Assembly: GCA_029556545.1 (NCBI GenBank)
Contig: JAKQEQ010000042.1
Span: 18,729 to 82,728 of the forward strand
Direction of reading: 5' to 3'
Length of the DNA: 64,000 nucleotides
Origin: Candidatus Hydrogenedentota bacterium
GTDB taxonomy: Bacteria; Hydrogenedentota; Hydrogenedentia; Hydrogenedentales; JAGMZX01
How positions within the stretch are numbered: position 1 is the first letter of the stretch; every line of letters begins with the position of its first letter. Made by a program: the position numbers and the translations under genes. This document shows, one piece after another, positions 42,325-51,486 of this stretch. The notes under the pieces are model-generated. The model was not told the DNA's origin. It did not search any database and saw only the letters and a program-made list of their open reading frames with translations.

Positions 42325-43446
42325 ATGTTTATGGACCTGTTCCCCGCTGTAGACCCAATCCCTTTGCCGGCCCCCGTGTGGCTGTTCAAAGTACTGCACA
42401 GCGCCACGCTCGCGCTGCACTTCACGGCGGTCCACCTGCTCGTGGGCGGGCTGGCTATGGCCGCATTCTGGGCGTTAGTCGGCCGCATGCGCGGGGACGA
42501 GGCGCGCCTGAACGCAAGCGGCGCGCTGGCGTATCGGCTCCCTGTGGCCATGGCCTACGTGATCAACCTCGGCGTACCGCCGCTGCTGTTCGCGCAGGTC
42601 TTGTATGGCCGGGCGCTGTATACGTCGAGCGTGATCATCGGCCTGTACTGGATCAGCGTCGTCTTCCTGGTGATCGCGGCCTATTTCGTACTGTACATGA
42701 TGGCCAAGCGCGCGGAGAACGGCGTCGCTTACGGCTGGCTCGGCCTGATTGCCCTCGCCATCGTGCTTAAGGTCGCCGTCATCTATACCAACAACATGAC
42801 GCTGATGCTACGGCCCGACGCGTGGATCGAGATGTACCGGAACAACCCGGTCGGCGGGCAATTGAATGGAGACGACCCGACGGTGTTGCCGCGCTGGCTA
42901 TTCATGATGATCGGTTCGCTGGGCGTGGCCGGCGTCGGGCTTATCTTGCTCGGGATGAAGACCCGTCTGCCCGCCTCGGCCACCCTGCTGCTGCGACGCC
43001 GCGGCGGCCTGGCCCTGGCCGCATTCACGCTGCTGCAAGTGGCGCTGGCTTGGCGCGTGCTGGCGGCGCAACCGGAGTCGGTGCGCACGGCGTTAGCGGG
43101 CCACGCCTTTTACAGGCTCGTTGCCCTGCTCTGGCTGGCGACCGCCGTGCTGCTTGTGGCGCTGGGACTGTTTGCCGCCGTCCGCGCGGCCAAGCGCAGT
43201 TGGCTTTCCGCGACGCTCTGCGGCGCGGCGGCGTTCGTGAATATTCTGCTCATGGTGCTCTTCCGCGACGGTATCCGTGACATGGCCCTGCTGCAATTCG
43301 GCTACGACGTGTGGGCCCGTGAGATCAACACGAACTGGGCCATCGTCATGCTGTTCCTGGCGCTGTTTGTGGGGGCGGCGGGGCTGGTCGCGTGGATGGC
43401 GGCGGTTACCGCGCGAGCGAAAGGAGTGGACGAGACCTATGCCTGA
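42325..43446 (+). CDS. polytopic membrane protein, first gene of the Rieske/cytochrome b operon
   Basis: 373 aa, ~10 TM helices. Stop overlaps the Rieske start by 8 nt (ATGCCTGA). Function unknown. Confidence 0.65.
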   Translation: MFMDLFPAVDPIPLPAPVWLFKVLHSATLALHFTAVHLLVGGLAMAAFWALVGRMRGDEARLNASGALAYRLPVAMAYVINLGVPPLLFAQVLYGRALYTSSVIIGLYWISVVFLVIAAYFVLYMMAKRAENGVAYGWLGLIALAIVLKVAVIYTNNMTLMLRPDAWIEMYRNNPVGGQLNGDDPTVLPRWLFMMIGSLGVAGVGLILLGMKTRLPASATLLLRRRGGLALAAFTLLQVALAWRVLAAQPESVRTALAGHAFYRLVALLWLATAVLLVALGLFAAVRAAKRSWLSATLCGAAAFVNILLMVLFRDGIRDMALLQFGYDVWAREINTNWAIVMLFLALFVGAAGLVAWMAAVTARAKGVDETYA

Positions 43447-43939
43447 ACAGGAATCCAAGGGCGATCCCGCCCCGGCAACGGAAATGTCGGAAGCGGTAAG
43501 CCGGCGCGCCTTCGCCGCGCGCGTGGGCTTGGGCGCGGTCGGCGCGTGCTACGCCGCGGCTTTCGGCTACCCCGTGTATCGCTACCTTGCCGCGCCCGCC
43601 CGGGACGCTGCGGAGCTCGCGGCGATCACCGAAGTGACGATTCCCCGGGAGAACATCCCGCCCGCGGGATCCGTGCTGATGTTCAAGTTCGGCGCGAAGC
43701 CCGCCATGCTGATTCACCACGCGGACGGGGGGAAGGTGTGCTTTTCGGCGGTCTGCACGCACCTTGGCTGCACGGTGCAGTACCAGGCGGCCGAGGACCA
43801 CATCCATTGCGCGTGTCACGGCGGTGTGTACGACAGCCGCACGGGAAAAAACGTGAGCGGTCCGCCGCCGAAACCGCTCCCCCGATTTGACGTGATAGAG
43901 GAGACTCCCGATGGCCCAGTCGTCGTCAAGCGTGTCTGA
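43439..43939 (+). CDS. Rieske [2Fe-2S] iron-sulfur protein
   Basis: Box I CTHLGC and box II CACHGG. N-terminal TM/Tat-like segment (RRAFAARVGLGAVGA). Confidence 0.85.
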   Translation: MPEQESKGDPAPATEMSEAVSRRAFAARVGLGAVGACYAAAFGYPVYRYLAAPARDAAELAAITEVTIPRENIPPAGSVLMFKFGAKPAMLIHHADGGKVCFSAVCTHLGCTVQYQAAEDHIHCACHGGVYDSRTGKNVSGPPPKPLPRFDVIEETPDGPVVVKRV

Positions 43940-45032
43940 CGCGCCGCCGCGCGGCCCGATCTACGAGTGGTTAAATGATCGGCTCGGGCTCGATTGGTTC
44001 CTCGCGTTCGCGCGGAAGAAGACGGTCCCGGACCACGCCCACACCTTCTGGTACTACTGGGGCGGGATTTCGCTGTTCTTCTTCGTGGTGCAGTTGGTGA
44101 GCGGCATCCTGCTGCTGATGTACTACCGTCCCGGCGAGCAGGCCTACGACTCCGTGCGCGAGATCACCTACGCGATCGATTTCGGCTGGCTCATCCGCTC
44201 CGCGCACTCGTGGTCCGCGAACCTGATGGTGCTGGCCGTGTTCATCCACATGTTCTCCGTGTTCTTCATGAAGGCGTATCGCAAGCCCCGCGAGTTCGGG
44301 TGGTGGAGCGGCCTTGTCCTGCTCGGGCTGACCATGGTTTTCGGGTTCAGCGGCTACCTCCTGCCCATGGACGACCTGGCCTATTTCGCGACCCAGGTCG
44401 GACTGAATATCCCGAAGAGCCTGCCCGGCATGGGGCCGATCATCGAGCAACTCGTGCAGGGCGGCCCGGACGTGTCGAGCGTCACCATACAACGGTTCTT
44501 CGCGCTGCACGTGGTCGTGCTGCCGCTGGTTTTCCTCGGCGTGCTCGCGTTCCACCTGTGGCTCGTGTTCAAACACGGCAGCGCGCTGCCCCCTTCGGAG
44601 GAGGTCAAGCCGGAACCGCAGCGCCGCTCGATCCCGTTCTTCCCAAACTTCATGCTGAAAGACCTGGCGATGTGGCTGTTCGCGCTGAACCTGCTGACCC
44701 TGCTCGCGTTTCTCTACCCGTGGCCGCTCGGGCCCCAGGCGGACCCGCTCGCCGCCGCGCCCGAGGGCATTCACCCCGAGTGGTATTTCATGAGCCAATT
44801 CCAGGCGCTCAAGGTGATTGGCCGCTACGTGCCCGGCATGGCGGGCGAATTGCTCGGCATCGGCCTGTTCTCGATGGGCGGCGTCCTCTGGGGCCTTATC
44901 CCCTTCTTCGATACCCGCAAGGCAGGTGCGGCCCGGGCGCGCGCAATCACGTGGTTCGGATTGGCGGTCGTGCTGGGGCTGGCGGCGCTGACCGTCATGG
45001 GATATTGGGAAGTATGGAGCGTCGCGGAATGA
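43911..45032 (+). CDS. cytochrome b (fused b6 + subunit IV type)
   Basis: 373 aa. Heme-ligand His pairs in helices B and D (AHSWSANLMVLAVFIHM, HVVVLPLVFL...FHL). PEWY motif (PEWYF). Start overlaps the Rieske 3' end. Confidence 0.9.
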   Translation: MAQSSSSVSDAPPRGPIYEWLNDRLGLDWFLAFARKKTVPDHAHTFWYYWGGISLFFFVVQLVSGILLLMYYRPGEQAYDSVREITYAIDFGWLIRSAHSWSANLMVLAVFIHMFSVFFMKAYRKPREFGWWSGLVLLGLTMVFGFSGYLLPMDDLAYFATQVGLNIPKSLPGMGPIIEQLVQGGPDVSSVTIQRFFALHVVVLPLVFLGVLAFHLWLVFKHGSALPPSEEVKPEPQRRSIPFFPNFMLKDLAMWLFALNLLTLLAFLYPWPLGPQADPLAAAPEGIHPEWYFMSQFQALKVIGRYVPGMAGELLGIGLFSMGGVLWGLIPFFDTRKAGAARARAITWFGLAVVLGLAALTVMGYWEVWSVAE

Positions 45033-45078
45033 GAATTGGGGATCTTCCCTGGTTCTTCAGTCGTTTGGGAGAATTGAG

Positions 45079-46482
45079 ATGAATTACCCCCTCTGGGACG
45101 TGCCCGTCATCGGCGGCATGTGGGTCATTGGCGGGATCGCGATCATCCACGTGATGATCTCGCATTTCGCCATCGGCGGCGGCTTCTATTTGCCAATGGC
45201 CGAGCGAAAGGCCCTGCGCGAAGGCCGCGACGACTGGATGCAAGTCCTTCGGAAGCACGCGAAGTTCTTCATGGTGCTCACGGCGGTCTTCGGCGCGGTG
45301 ACCGGCGTCGGCATCTGGTTCTCGATCGGTCTGGCCAATCCCGAGGGCACCAGCACGCTTATTCACAACTTCGTGTTCGGCTGGGCCATGGAATACGCGT
45401 TCTTCCTCGCGGAGATCACGGCCGCCGCGGTCTATTACTACACCTGGGGCCGTGTCTCCGACCGCCTCCATCTGATGATCGGCTGGATATACGCCGGGAC
45501 CGCATGGATGAGCCTCGTCATCATCAACGGCATCCTCGCGTTCATGCTCACGCCCGGCCGCGCGTGGCTCGAAGTCGCGGGCACAGGCGACGAGGCGGCG
45601 CGCTTCTGGAGCGCCTTCTTCAATCCGACCTACTTCCCGAGCCTCGCGCTGCGCACCCTGGTGTGCATCTCCCTGGCGGGCATCTGGGCGTTCGTCACCG
45701 CAAGCCGTATCGACAGTTATGCCCAACCGAGACTCAAGACCGAAGTGCTGCGCTGGTCCGTCAAATGGCTTATCCCGTCCTTTGTGCTGTTGCCGTTCTG
45801 CTTCGCCTGGTACCTCGCCATGGTCCCCGAGCAACAGTTGAATCTCCTCGAACTCGGCATCAGCACCATCGGCCAAGGCACCTTCACCCAGGTCACCCGC
45901 GCCGCGCTCGTGACCGTGATGACCTCCGCGACCATCGCCGCCATAGCCTACCTCTTCGCGTGGCGGCATCCCCTCGACTTCAACTTCGGCCACGCCTGCG
46001 CGCTGTTGTTCCTGGCGTTCGCGGCCACCGGCGCCACCGAATACGCCCGCGAGATGCTGCGCAAGCCCTACGTCGTCGGCGATCACATGTACTCGAACGG
46101 CGTGCGCAAGAGCGACGTCGATCGCTTCAACCGCGACGGCTACCTGACGCGCAGCCCCTGGGCCCGCCCCGCGGAACGCGCGGGCGTAGCGGCTGTGGTG
46201 ACTTCAGGTTCCCAGGTTGAGGCCGCGCACCTGGGCCGGGGCTGGCTCATGTTCCGCGGCCAGTGCATGGCCTGCCACACCATAGACGGCTACCGATCGA
46301 TGCGCCGGCTTCTGGCCGACCGCGATCGCGAGGCCATCGGCAGCATCCTTACCATGCTCCACGAATACAAGGAAGACTCGACATACCGCGCGTACATGCC
46401 GCCGCTCGTCGGCTTGCCTGAGGAGGTCGATGCGCTCGGCGACTACCTCGCCACCCTGACGCCCAAGCCCGGCAATACGTGA
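45079..46482 (+). CDS. polytopic membrane protein with C-terminal mono-heme cytochrome c domain
   Basis: 467 aa, ~10 TM helices, then a soluble C-terminal domain with CMACH heme-binding motif. Last gene of the bc-like operon. Confidence 0.7.
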   Translation: MNYPLWDVPVIGGMWVIGGIAIIHVMISHFAIGGGFYLPMAERKALREGRDDWMQVLRKHAKFFMVLTAVFGAVTGVGIWFSIGLANPEGTSTLIHNFVFGWAMEYAFFLAEITAAAVYYYTWGRVSDRLHLMIGWIYAGTAWMSLVIINGILAFMLTPGRAWLEVAGTGDEAARFWSAFFNPTYFPSLALRTLVCISLAGIWAFVTASRIDSYAQPRLKTEVLRWSVKWLIPSFVLLPFCFAWYLAMVPEQQLNLLELGISTIGQGTFTQVTRAALVTVMTSATIAAIAYLFAWRHPLDFNFGHACALLFLAFAATGATEYAREMLRKPYVVGDHMYSNGVRKSDVDRFNRDGYLTRSPWARPAERAGVAAVVTSGSQVEAAHLGRGWLMFRGQCMACHTIDGYRSMRRLLADRDREAIGSILTMLHEYKEDSTYRAYMPPLVGLPEEVDALGDYLATLTPKPGNT

Positions 46483-46551
46483 TCAAGTTCGCCGTCATCG
46501 TTGTCGTCCAGGTGCGGCTTTCGATGCAACTGCGGTACAATGTTTTCAGCC

Positions 46552-46635
46552 CGCCCGACGGAGGGTTAGCGTAATTGGTAACGCACCGGTCTTGAAAACC
46601 GGCGCCTTCGGGCTTGGGGGTTCGAGTCCCCCACC
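46552..46635 (+). tRNA. tRNA-Ser (anticodon UGA)
   Basis: Hand-folded. Acceptor GGAGGGT/ACCCTCC, 3-bp D-stem (GCG/CGC), anticodon stem CCGGT/ACCGG with loop CUUGAAA (anticodon UGA), long variable arm GCC-TTCG-GGC, T-arm GGGGG-TTCGAGT-CCCCC, discriminator G, encoded CCA. Confidence 0.85.
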
Positions 46636-47219
46636 CTCCGCCATCACTGTAAACACGCACAATACCCCCGAAAACACAAGCGATTCCGCAAACAGCCCGC
46701 CGGTTCCGTAAGTGACCCCAAGCGCCCCCAAGCGTTCTCAAGAGTCGTTAATTCGTCCAAAATTCGTCCAGGTAAGTCGGCGCTTCACCCGTATCCTTTT
46801 CTCCGAGGACACGTCCGCGATCCTGTAATTCCACCAGCCGGTGGCCTTTCACCCTCATGATCGGAAATCCCGACCCGCCTCCGTACCCGCGGGCATGTCC
46901 GGCGGCCCGTCATCCGGCCCGCGGACCCGCACCCGAAACCCGCTCGCCGGAGGCGGCGATAGTCCGTTCTTCCCCTGCTCCCGGCACAGGCGTGTTCCGC
47001 CGATAAGTCCGTGTTTTCGGTCATACCTCGGGCGCGCTACCACATTTGTAAGTGCCTGTCAGGACACCCCTTAGAAAACCGACTTGACTTCTGGTATATC
47101 CCTGTGGTCAAGCGCACATCCCATGCGACTGCTTGACTCGGGCGCGGAGAACAGGTACGCTCTAGTGGATTTGCACCGTAACAAGGGGAGCGTTTTTCGC
47201 GAACTCGACCGGAGGGATT

Positions 47220-47552
47220 GTGCCTCGGATTTTCGACAATATCGGCGAGTCGCTTCTGCCCGCCTTGCAGAACACGCTTAAGCTGTCTCATCGGGCGGAT
47301 TTCTGTGTTGGATACTTCAATCTTCGCGGTTGGCGGCTCGTGGATTCCCTGACGACGGCACCCTGGGAAGTAGCCCGGCAGCCCGCCAATGAAGGGATGC
47401 ACCGGACGGACGAACTGGACGACGGCGTGCGCAACCCGCCGTCAGTTCTTTTCGGGGCTCTTGAGAGAATCACCTGCCGAAAACGCATTCCACAGTCTCA
47501 GGCGGCGACGGCGACGGCAAATCTTCCGCGCACGCTGCGGTCCCAGACGTAG
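47220..47552 (+). pseudogene. possible N-terminal remnant of a PLD-like nuclease/helicase-type defence gene
   Basis: [38 protein letters not shown] resembles N-termini of PLD-domain restriction/helicase proteins. Loses similarity after ~60 aa and runs antisense into the hsdR 3' end. Weak. Confidence 0.25.
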
Positions 47553-50500
47553 TCGTATACCCGCTTCACAAGCGTCTCGGTTTCCTCTTCGGAAAACGGC
47601 GGTTGGGGAAGGCTCTGCCAGAGCGAATCCCGAATTACTGTTTCCACCTGGGCTTGCGTGGCAGCATTCTTCGTCCAGTCGTGCATCGGTTCGAGCAGTT
47701 GGACAAGCGTACTCAACAGGGACCGGCTGGCCTGTTTGAGCCGCTCCCGGTCGGCTTTACTGATGTCCTCCCGGAACAGCATCTGGAACAGGGCGTACTC
47801 GGTCTCGGAAAGCCCTTCCTCCGCTGCTTTCCGCTGTTCCGCGTCGAGTTCCTGGGCGAGTGCAACCAGTCTCGTGAAAGTCTCCTCCACGGAGACTCGG
47901 TCCTTTTCCCGGTTGTAGTCGGCGATGATTTCCTGATACCGCTTGTAGTAATCCATCCGCGCCGGGTTGACGGCAAGCATGGCGGCCAGCTTCTCTTCCA
48001 CAAGTTGGCAGAGGTCCTGGACCGCCGTATGCTTCCGGGTCACTCGCGACGCGAATTCCTCCCGCAACCGCTCGAAATCAATCGTGCTCAGGTCCACCGC
48101 GAGACCCTCGGCGCGGTCGTCGCCGGGCTGCTGCGCGCGGATGGCCTCGTTGACGATTCGATGTATTTCCTTCAAGACCTCCGTGACGTCGGCCGTGTCG
48201 CGCCGCTCCAAGAGCTTCCTGTAAATGGTCTCGATATTGTCATGCCGCTCCACGTAGGCGTAGGCGCCAGGCTCCGTGACCAGGGCCTTGAACCGGGAAA
48301 ACACCTGGCGCGCGATGATCTCGAATTTCCGTCTTGCCGCATCTGACGTGTAAAGCACCTCGACGGCGTCGCGCAACGCCTCGATTCGGTCGAAGCCGCG
48401 CGCGCCGGCGAACCTGCCCGGATCAAACCCCAAGGCGCGGAGATGCCCCTCAGCGGCCTCGATGGCATCCACGAGCGCCGCGACAAGCGCCTCGATAGGC
48501 TCTGCGACGTCTTCCACTCCGCCCGCGCCGTCGTCGTCAACGCCCTCATCCCCGAGCGCGTACTGCGCAAGCGCCTCCCGCAGGCTTCGCAGCATGCCGT
48601 TGTAGTCCACGATAACGCCGCACTCCTTGCCGGGGTACACCCGGTTGGGGCGGGCAATCGCCTGCATCAGCGTATGCGCTTTCATCGGCTTATCGATGTA
48701 CAACGTCGAGAGACACTCGACGTCGAAGCCCGTCAGCCACATGGCGCACACAATGGCCACGCGGAATGGATGTTCCGGGTCCTTGAAGGCGTCCTCGACG
48801 CTGACGCGGCGCCCGTCCGGCGTCTCGAAGCCGAATTTCATGACGGTGCGATGGGGGATGATATCAACGCCCCACCGCTGGAAGTCCCGCACCTCGTTCT
48901 GCGCCTCGCTGATGATGAACTCGATGATCGCGCTTTCCATCCACGCGATTTGCCCGCGCAGGGCGGTTATCTTTCGCAGGACGGCCTCGCGCTCATCTTC
49001 ATCGGAACAAGCCGCGAACGCCGACTCCACCGCCGCCAATTCGCCCCGCAGCGCGGCTGTCTTCGCGTCCCAACGGGGCATGATCCGCTGATGCATGCGC
49101 CCGCACGTGATCTTGTCGATGCACACCATCATCGACTTGCCGCTTTCCCATCGAGCGGCGCAATGTTCGACAAAATCGTCCGCCAGCTTGTCCAGCCGGT
49201 CATCCGCGGTAATGACTTCGTAATCCTGCCCGAGCAACCGCTCGAGCAGTGCCGTCTGGTCCACATCGAGTTCGGCCTCTTCGATCTTTTCGGCGATCTG
49301 GTCGTTCAGGTCGAGCCGCGCGATGCCCAATTTTTCGCCCCGGCTCTCGTAGACCAGTTTGACCGTTGAATTGTCTTCCTCCGAACGCTTGAAATCGTAC
49401 CGGGAAACGTAATCGCCGAAAATGCGTCGTGTCAGTTCGTCATGTTTGAACAAGGGCGTGCCCGTGAACCCGATGAACGAAGCGTTCGGCAGGGCCAGCC
49501 GCATGTTCCGCGCGAATTTGCCCGCCTGCGTGCGGTGCGCCTCGTCCGAGATCACGATGATGTCGTCGCGCTCGCTGTAGGGCGCGGTCACGTCCTGATT
49601 GAACTTGTGGATGAGGCTGAAGATGAAGCCGTGGTTCTCGCCGAGCAGGCGACGCAGGTCGTCGCCCGAGGCCGCGCGCGGCGTCTGTTCATTCGCCACG
49701 CCGCAGCCCACAAAGGTGCGGAACAACTGCTCGTCGAGGTCTTCCCGGTCCGTCATCAACACGAACGTGAAGTTGCCCGGCACCACGCGCCGCACCTTCT
49801 CCGCGAAAAACACCATCGAATACGACTTGCCGCTCCCCTGCGTGTGCCAGAACACGCCCAGGCGCCCGAGGTCGGGGTGCGCGCGCTCGATCACTTGCAG
49901 CAGTTCCGTTTCTCTTCGCGGGAGCGCCCTGGCGGCCTCGCCTTCTTCGGCGGCCTTCTTCGGCACCGAACGCTGTATCTCATAGCGAAGCAGGCGCTCT
50001 TCCGGCGGATATTCGCGCTTCAAGTCCTCCTGACGCCGCACCGACGCTACCGCGCGGTTAACGCCCAGCACCTGATGGTTCCGCGCCATTATCTTCCGCG
50101 TGCCACCCGCGCGGCTGTCGTCGAACAACACAAAATTCTCGATCAGATCGAGCAGCCGATCCTTCGCAAGCATCCCCTCGACCAGCGCCTGCGCGTCCAG
50201 CCGCGCCGTGGACTGCTCGTCGTCCCGCTTCCACTCCGCGAAATGCTCCCACCGGCCCGTGATCGTGCCGTACCGCGCCCGGTCGCCGTTACTGACCACC
50301 AGAAATGCGTTGTGGTGGAACGCGTGCGCGATCGTGTATTCGTTCAGGTAATCGGTCAGGTTCTTGTCGAATCCCTCGCGGATGTTCTTGTAGACCGCCT
50401 TCAACTCGATGAAGACCAGCGGCAGCCCGTTTACGAAACACACCAGGTCCGCGCGTCGGTTGTAATGCGGCACGCGCACCCCCTGTATCTTCAACTCGCG

Positions 50501-50914
50501 CACCGCCAGAAAGCGGTTATTCGCCGGTGCCCGGAAGTCGATCACCCGCGCCCGTGCGTACTGCGTCTCGCCGGACCCGTCCCGCCACTCGACCGGCACC
50601 CCATTCCGGATATACCCGTGGAACTCCCGGTTGTGCTGCACCAGCGACCGCGAATAATCCACCCGCGTCAGTTTTTCGACCGCCTGCTCGACTGCTTCCC
50701 CCGGCAATTCCGGATTCAACCGGACCACCGCCGCCCGCAAGTCCCGCGTCAGCACCACCTCCCGCTCCGAACCCCGCCCCAGCAGCCCCGACGGCCCGAA
50801 CGTCTCCTCGTTCCACGCGAAACACGTCTCCCAACCCAGCGCTTCCTCAAGGTGCCGCGCCACGGTCTCCTGGACCAGCCGGTCTTCGCTGTTGATGTCC
50901 GTAATCAACGCCAA
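47498..50914 (-). CDS. hsdR: type I restriction enzyme R subunit
   Basis: 1138 aa. N-terminal nuclease region, SF2 helicase motifs (GSGKS Walker A, DEAHR motif II in ...[11 protein letters not shown]), C-terminal helical domain. Confidence 0.9.
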   Translation of the reverse strand: MALITDINSEDRLVQETVARHLEEALGWETCFAWNEETFGPSGLLGRGSEREVVLTRDLRAAVVRLNPELPGEAVEQAVEKLTRVDYSRSLVQHNREFHGYIRNGVPVEWRDGSGETQYARARVIDFRAPANNRFLAVRELKIQGVRVPHYNRRADLVCFVNGLPLVFIELKAVYKNIREGFDKNLTDYLNEYTIAHAFHHNAFLVVSNGDRARYGTITGRWEHFAEWKRDDEQSTARLDAQALVEGMLAKDRLLDLIENFVLFDDSRAGGTRKIMARNHQVLGVNRAVASVRRQEDLKREYPPEERLLRYEIQRSVPKKAAEEGEAARALPRRETELLQVIERAHPDLGRLGVFWHTQGSGKSYSMVFFAEKVRRVVPGNFTFVLMTDREDLDEQLFRTFVGCGVANEQTPRAASGDDLRRLLGENHGFIFSLIHKFNQDVTAPYSERDDIIVISDEAHRTQAGKFARNMRLALPNASFIGFTGTPLFKHDELTRRIFGDYVSRYDFKRSEEDNSTVKLVYESRGEKLGIARLDLNDQIAEKIEEAELDVDQTALLERLLGQDYEVITADDRLDKLADDFVEHCAARWESGKSMMVCIDKITCGRMHQRIMPRWDAKTAALRGELAAVESAFAACSDEDEREAVLRKITALRGQIAWMESAIIEFIISEAQNEVRDFQRWGVDIIPHRTVMKFGFETPDGRRVSVEDAFKDPEHPFRVAIVCAMWLTGFDVECLSTLYIDKPMKAHTLMQAIARPNRVYPGKECGVIVDYNGMLRSLREALAQYALGDEGVDDDGAGGVEDVAEPIEALVAALVDAIEAAEGHLRALGFDPGRFAGARGFDRIEALRDAVEVLYTSDAARRKFEIIARQVFSRFKALVTEPGAYAYVERHDNIETIYRKLLERRDTADVTEVLKEIHRIVNEAIRAQQPGDDRAEGLAVDLSTIDFERLREEFASRVTRKHTAVQDLCQLVEEKLAAMLAVNPARMDYYKRYQEIIADYNREKDRVSVEETFTRLVALAQELDAEQRKAAEEGLSETEYALFQMLFREDISKADRERLKQASRSLLSTLVQLLEPMHDWTKNAATQAQVETVIRDSLWQSLPQPPFSEEETETLVKRVYDYVWDRSVRGRFAVAVAA

Positions 50915-51000
50915 TCGGCCTTTCTAAAGGACACTCAGCCCAATTCTAAAGGACATTCGGTTTTGGGCGCCATTTATATAAAACATTGCGCTGCAATGCG

Positions 51001-51471
51001 TTACAGCAATTCATATCGTACAGGGTCTTTATAGACATCGGTTATTTGCAGCATTTTGGACTTTATGCCGTCTGTGGCCTCACGAGCCACGGGGACGGGA
51101 ATAAACATGCCCGCAGTCGCTTGACCCAAGCCGCCATTCCTTCGCTGGTCGTGTCCGCAATCATCGCCTATCCGCCTTTCTATTGGACACTCGACGCAAG
51201 TCAATTGGACAATGCTCCAATTGTGCCCAATATGCAAATCCTTTCCATTGCACAGTTTACGAGATTTGAAGCGATCCGGTCTATTGACCCATTCAGGTAT
51301 TTGTCCAATAGAACTCGGCCCACGACCTTCCAATTGCCTCGGGAAGACACCCGACTCAATTTGCCGATGCAGCAGCCCTTTCCACGCGGACTGCCACCTT
51401 GGCTCATCACGCAGATACTCTGCCAGCGTCGCTTGGGCCAGCCGGTCCTCGCTGTTGATGTCGGTGACCAT
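51001..51471 (-). pseudogene. duplicated 5' fragment of hsdR (insertion scar)
   Basis: [23 protein letters not shown] aligns to the hsdR N-terminus [27 protein letters not shown] ~88% identical over ~35 nt by hand alignment (accgacatcaacagcgaggaccggctggcccaag vs acggacatcaacagcgaagaccggctggtccagg). The rest of the ORF is unrelated. Confidence 0.5.
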
Positions 51472-51486
51472 GTGGATGTTATCGAT

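Noticed and set aside
46636-47500. Integrase/recombinase expected next to tRNA-Ser at the island boundary
   Set aside because: Searched small ORFs 46785..47402. None shows R..H..R..Y tyrosine-recombinase or serine-recombinase features.
49442-51034. 530-aa plus ORF antisense to hsdR. Also 48443..49369(+), 47603..48346(+)
   Set aside because: hsdR helicase motifs are on the minus strand.
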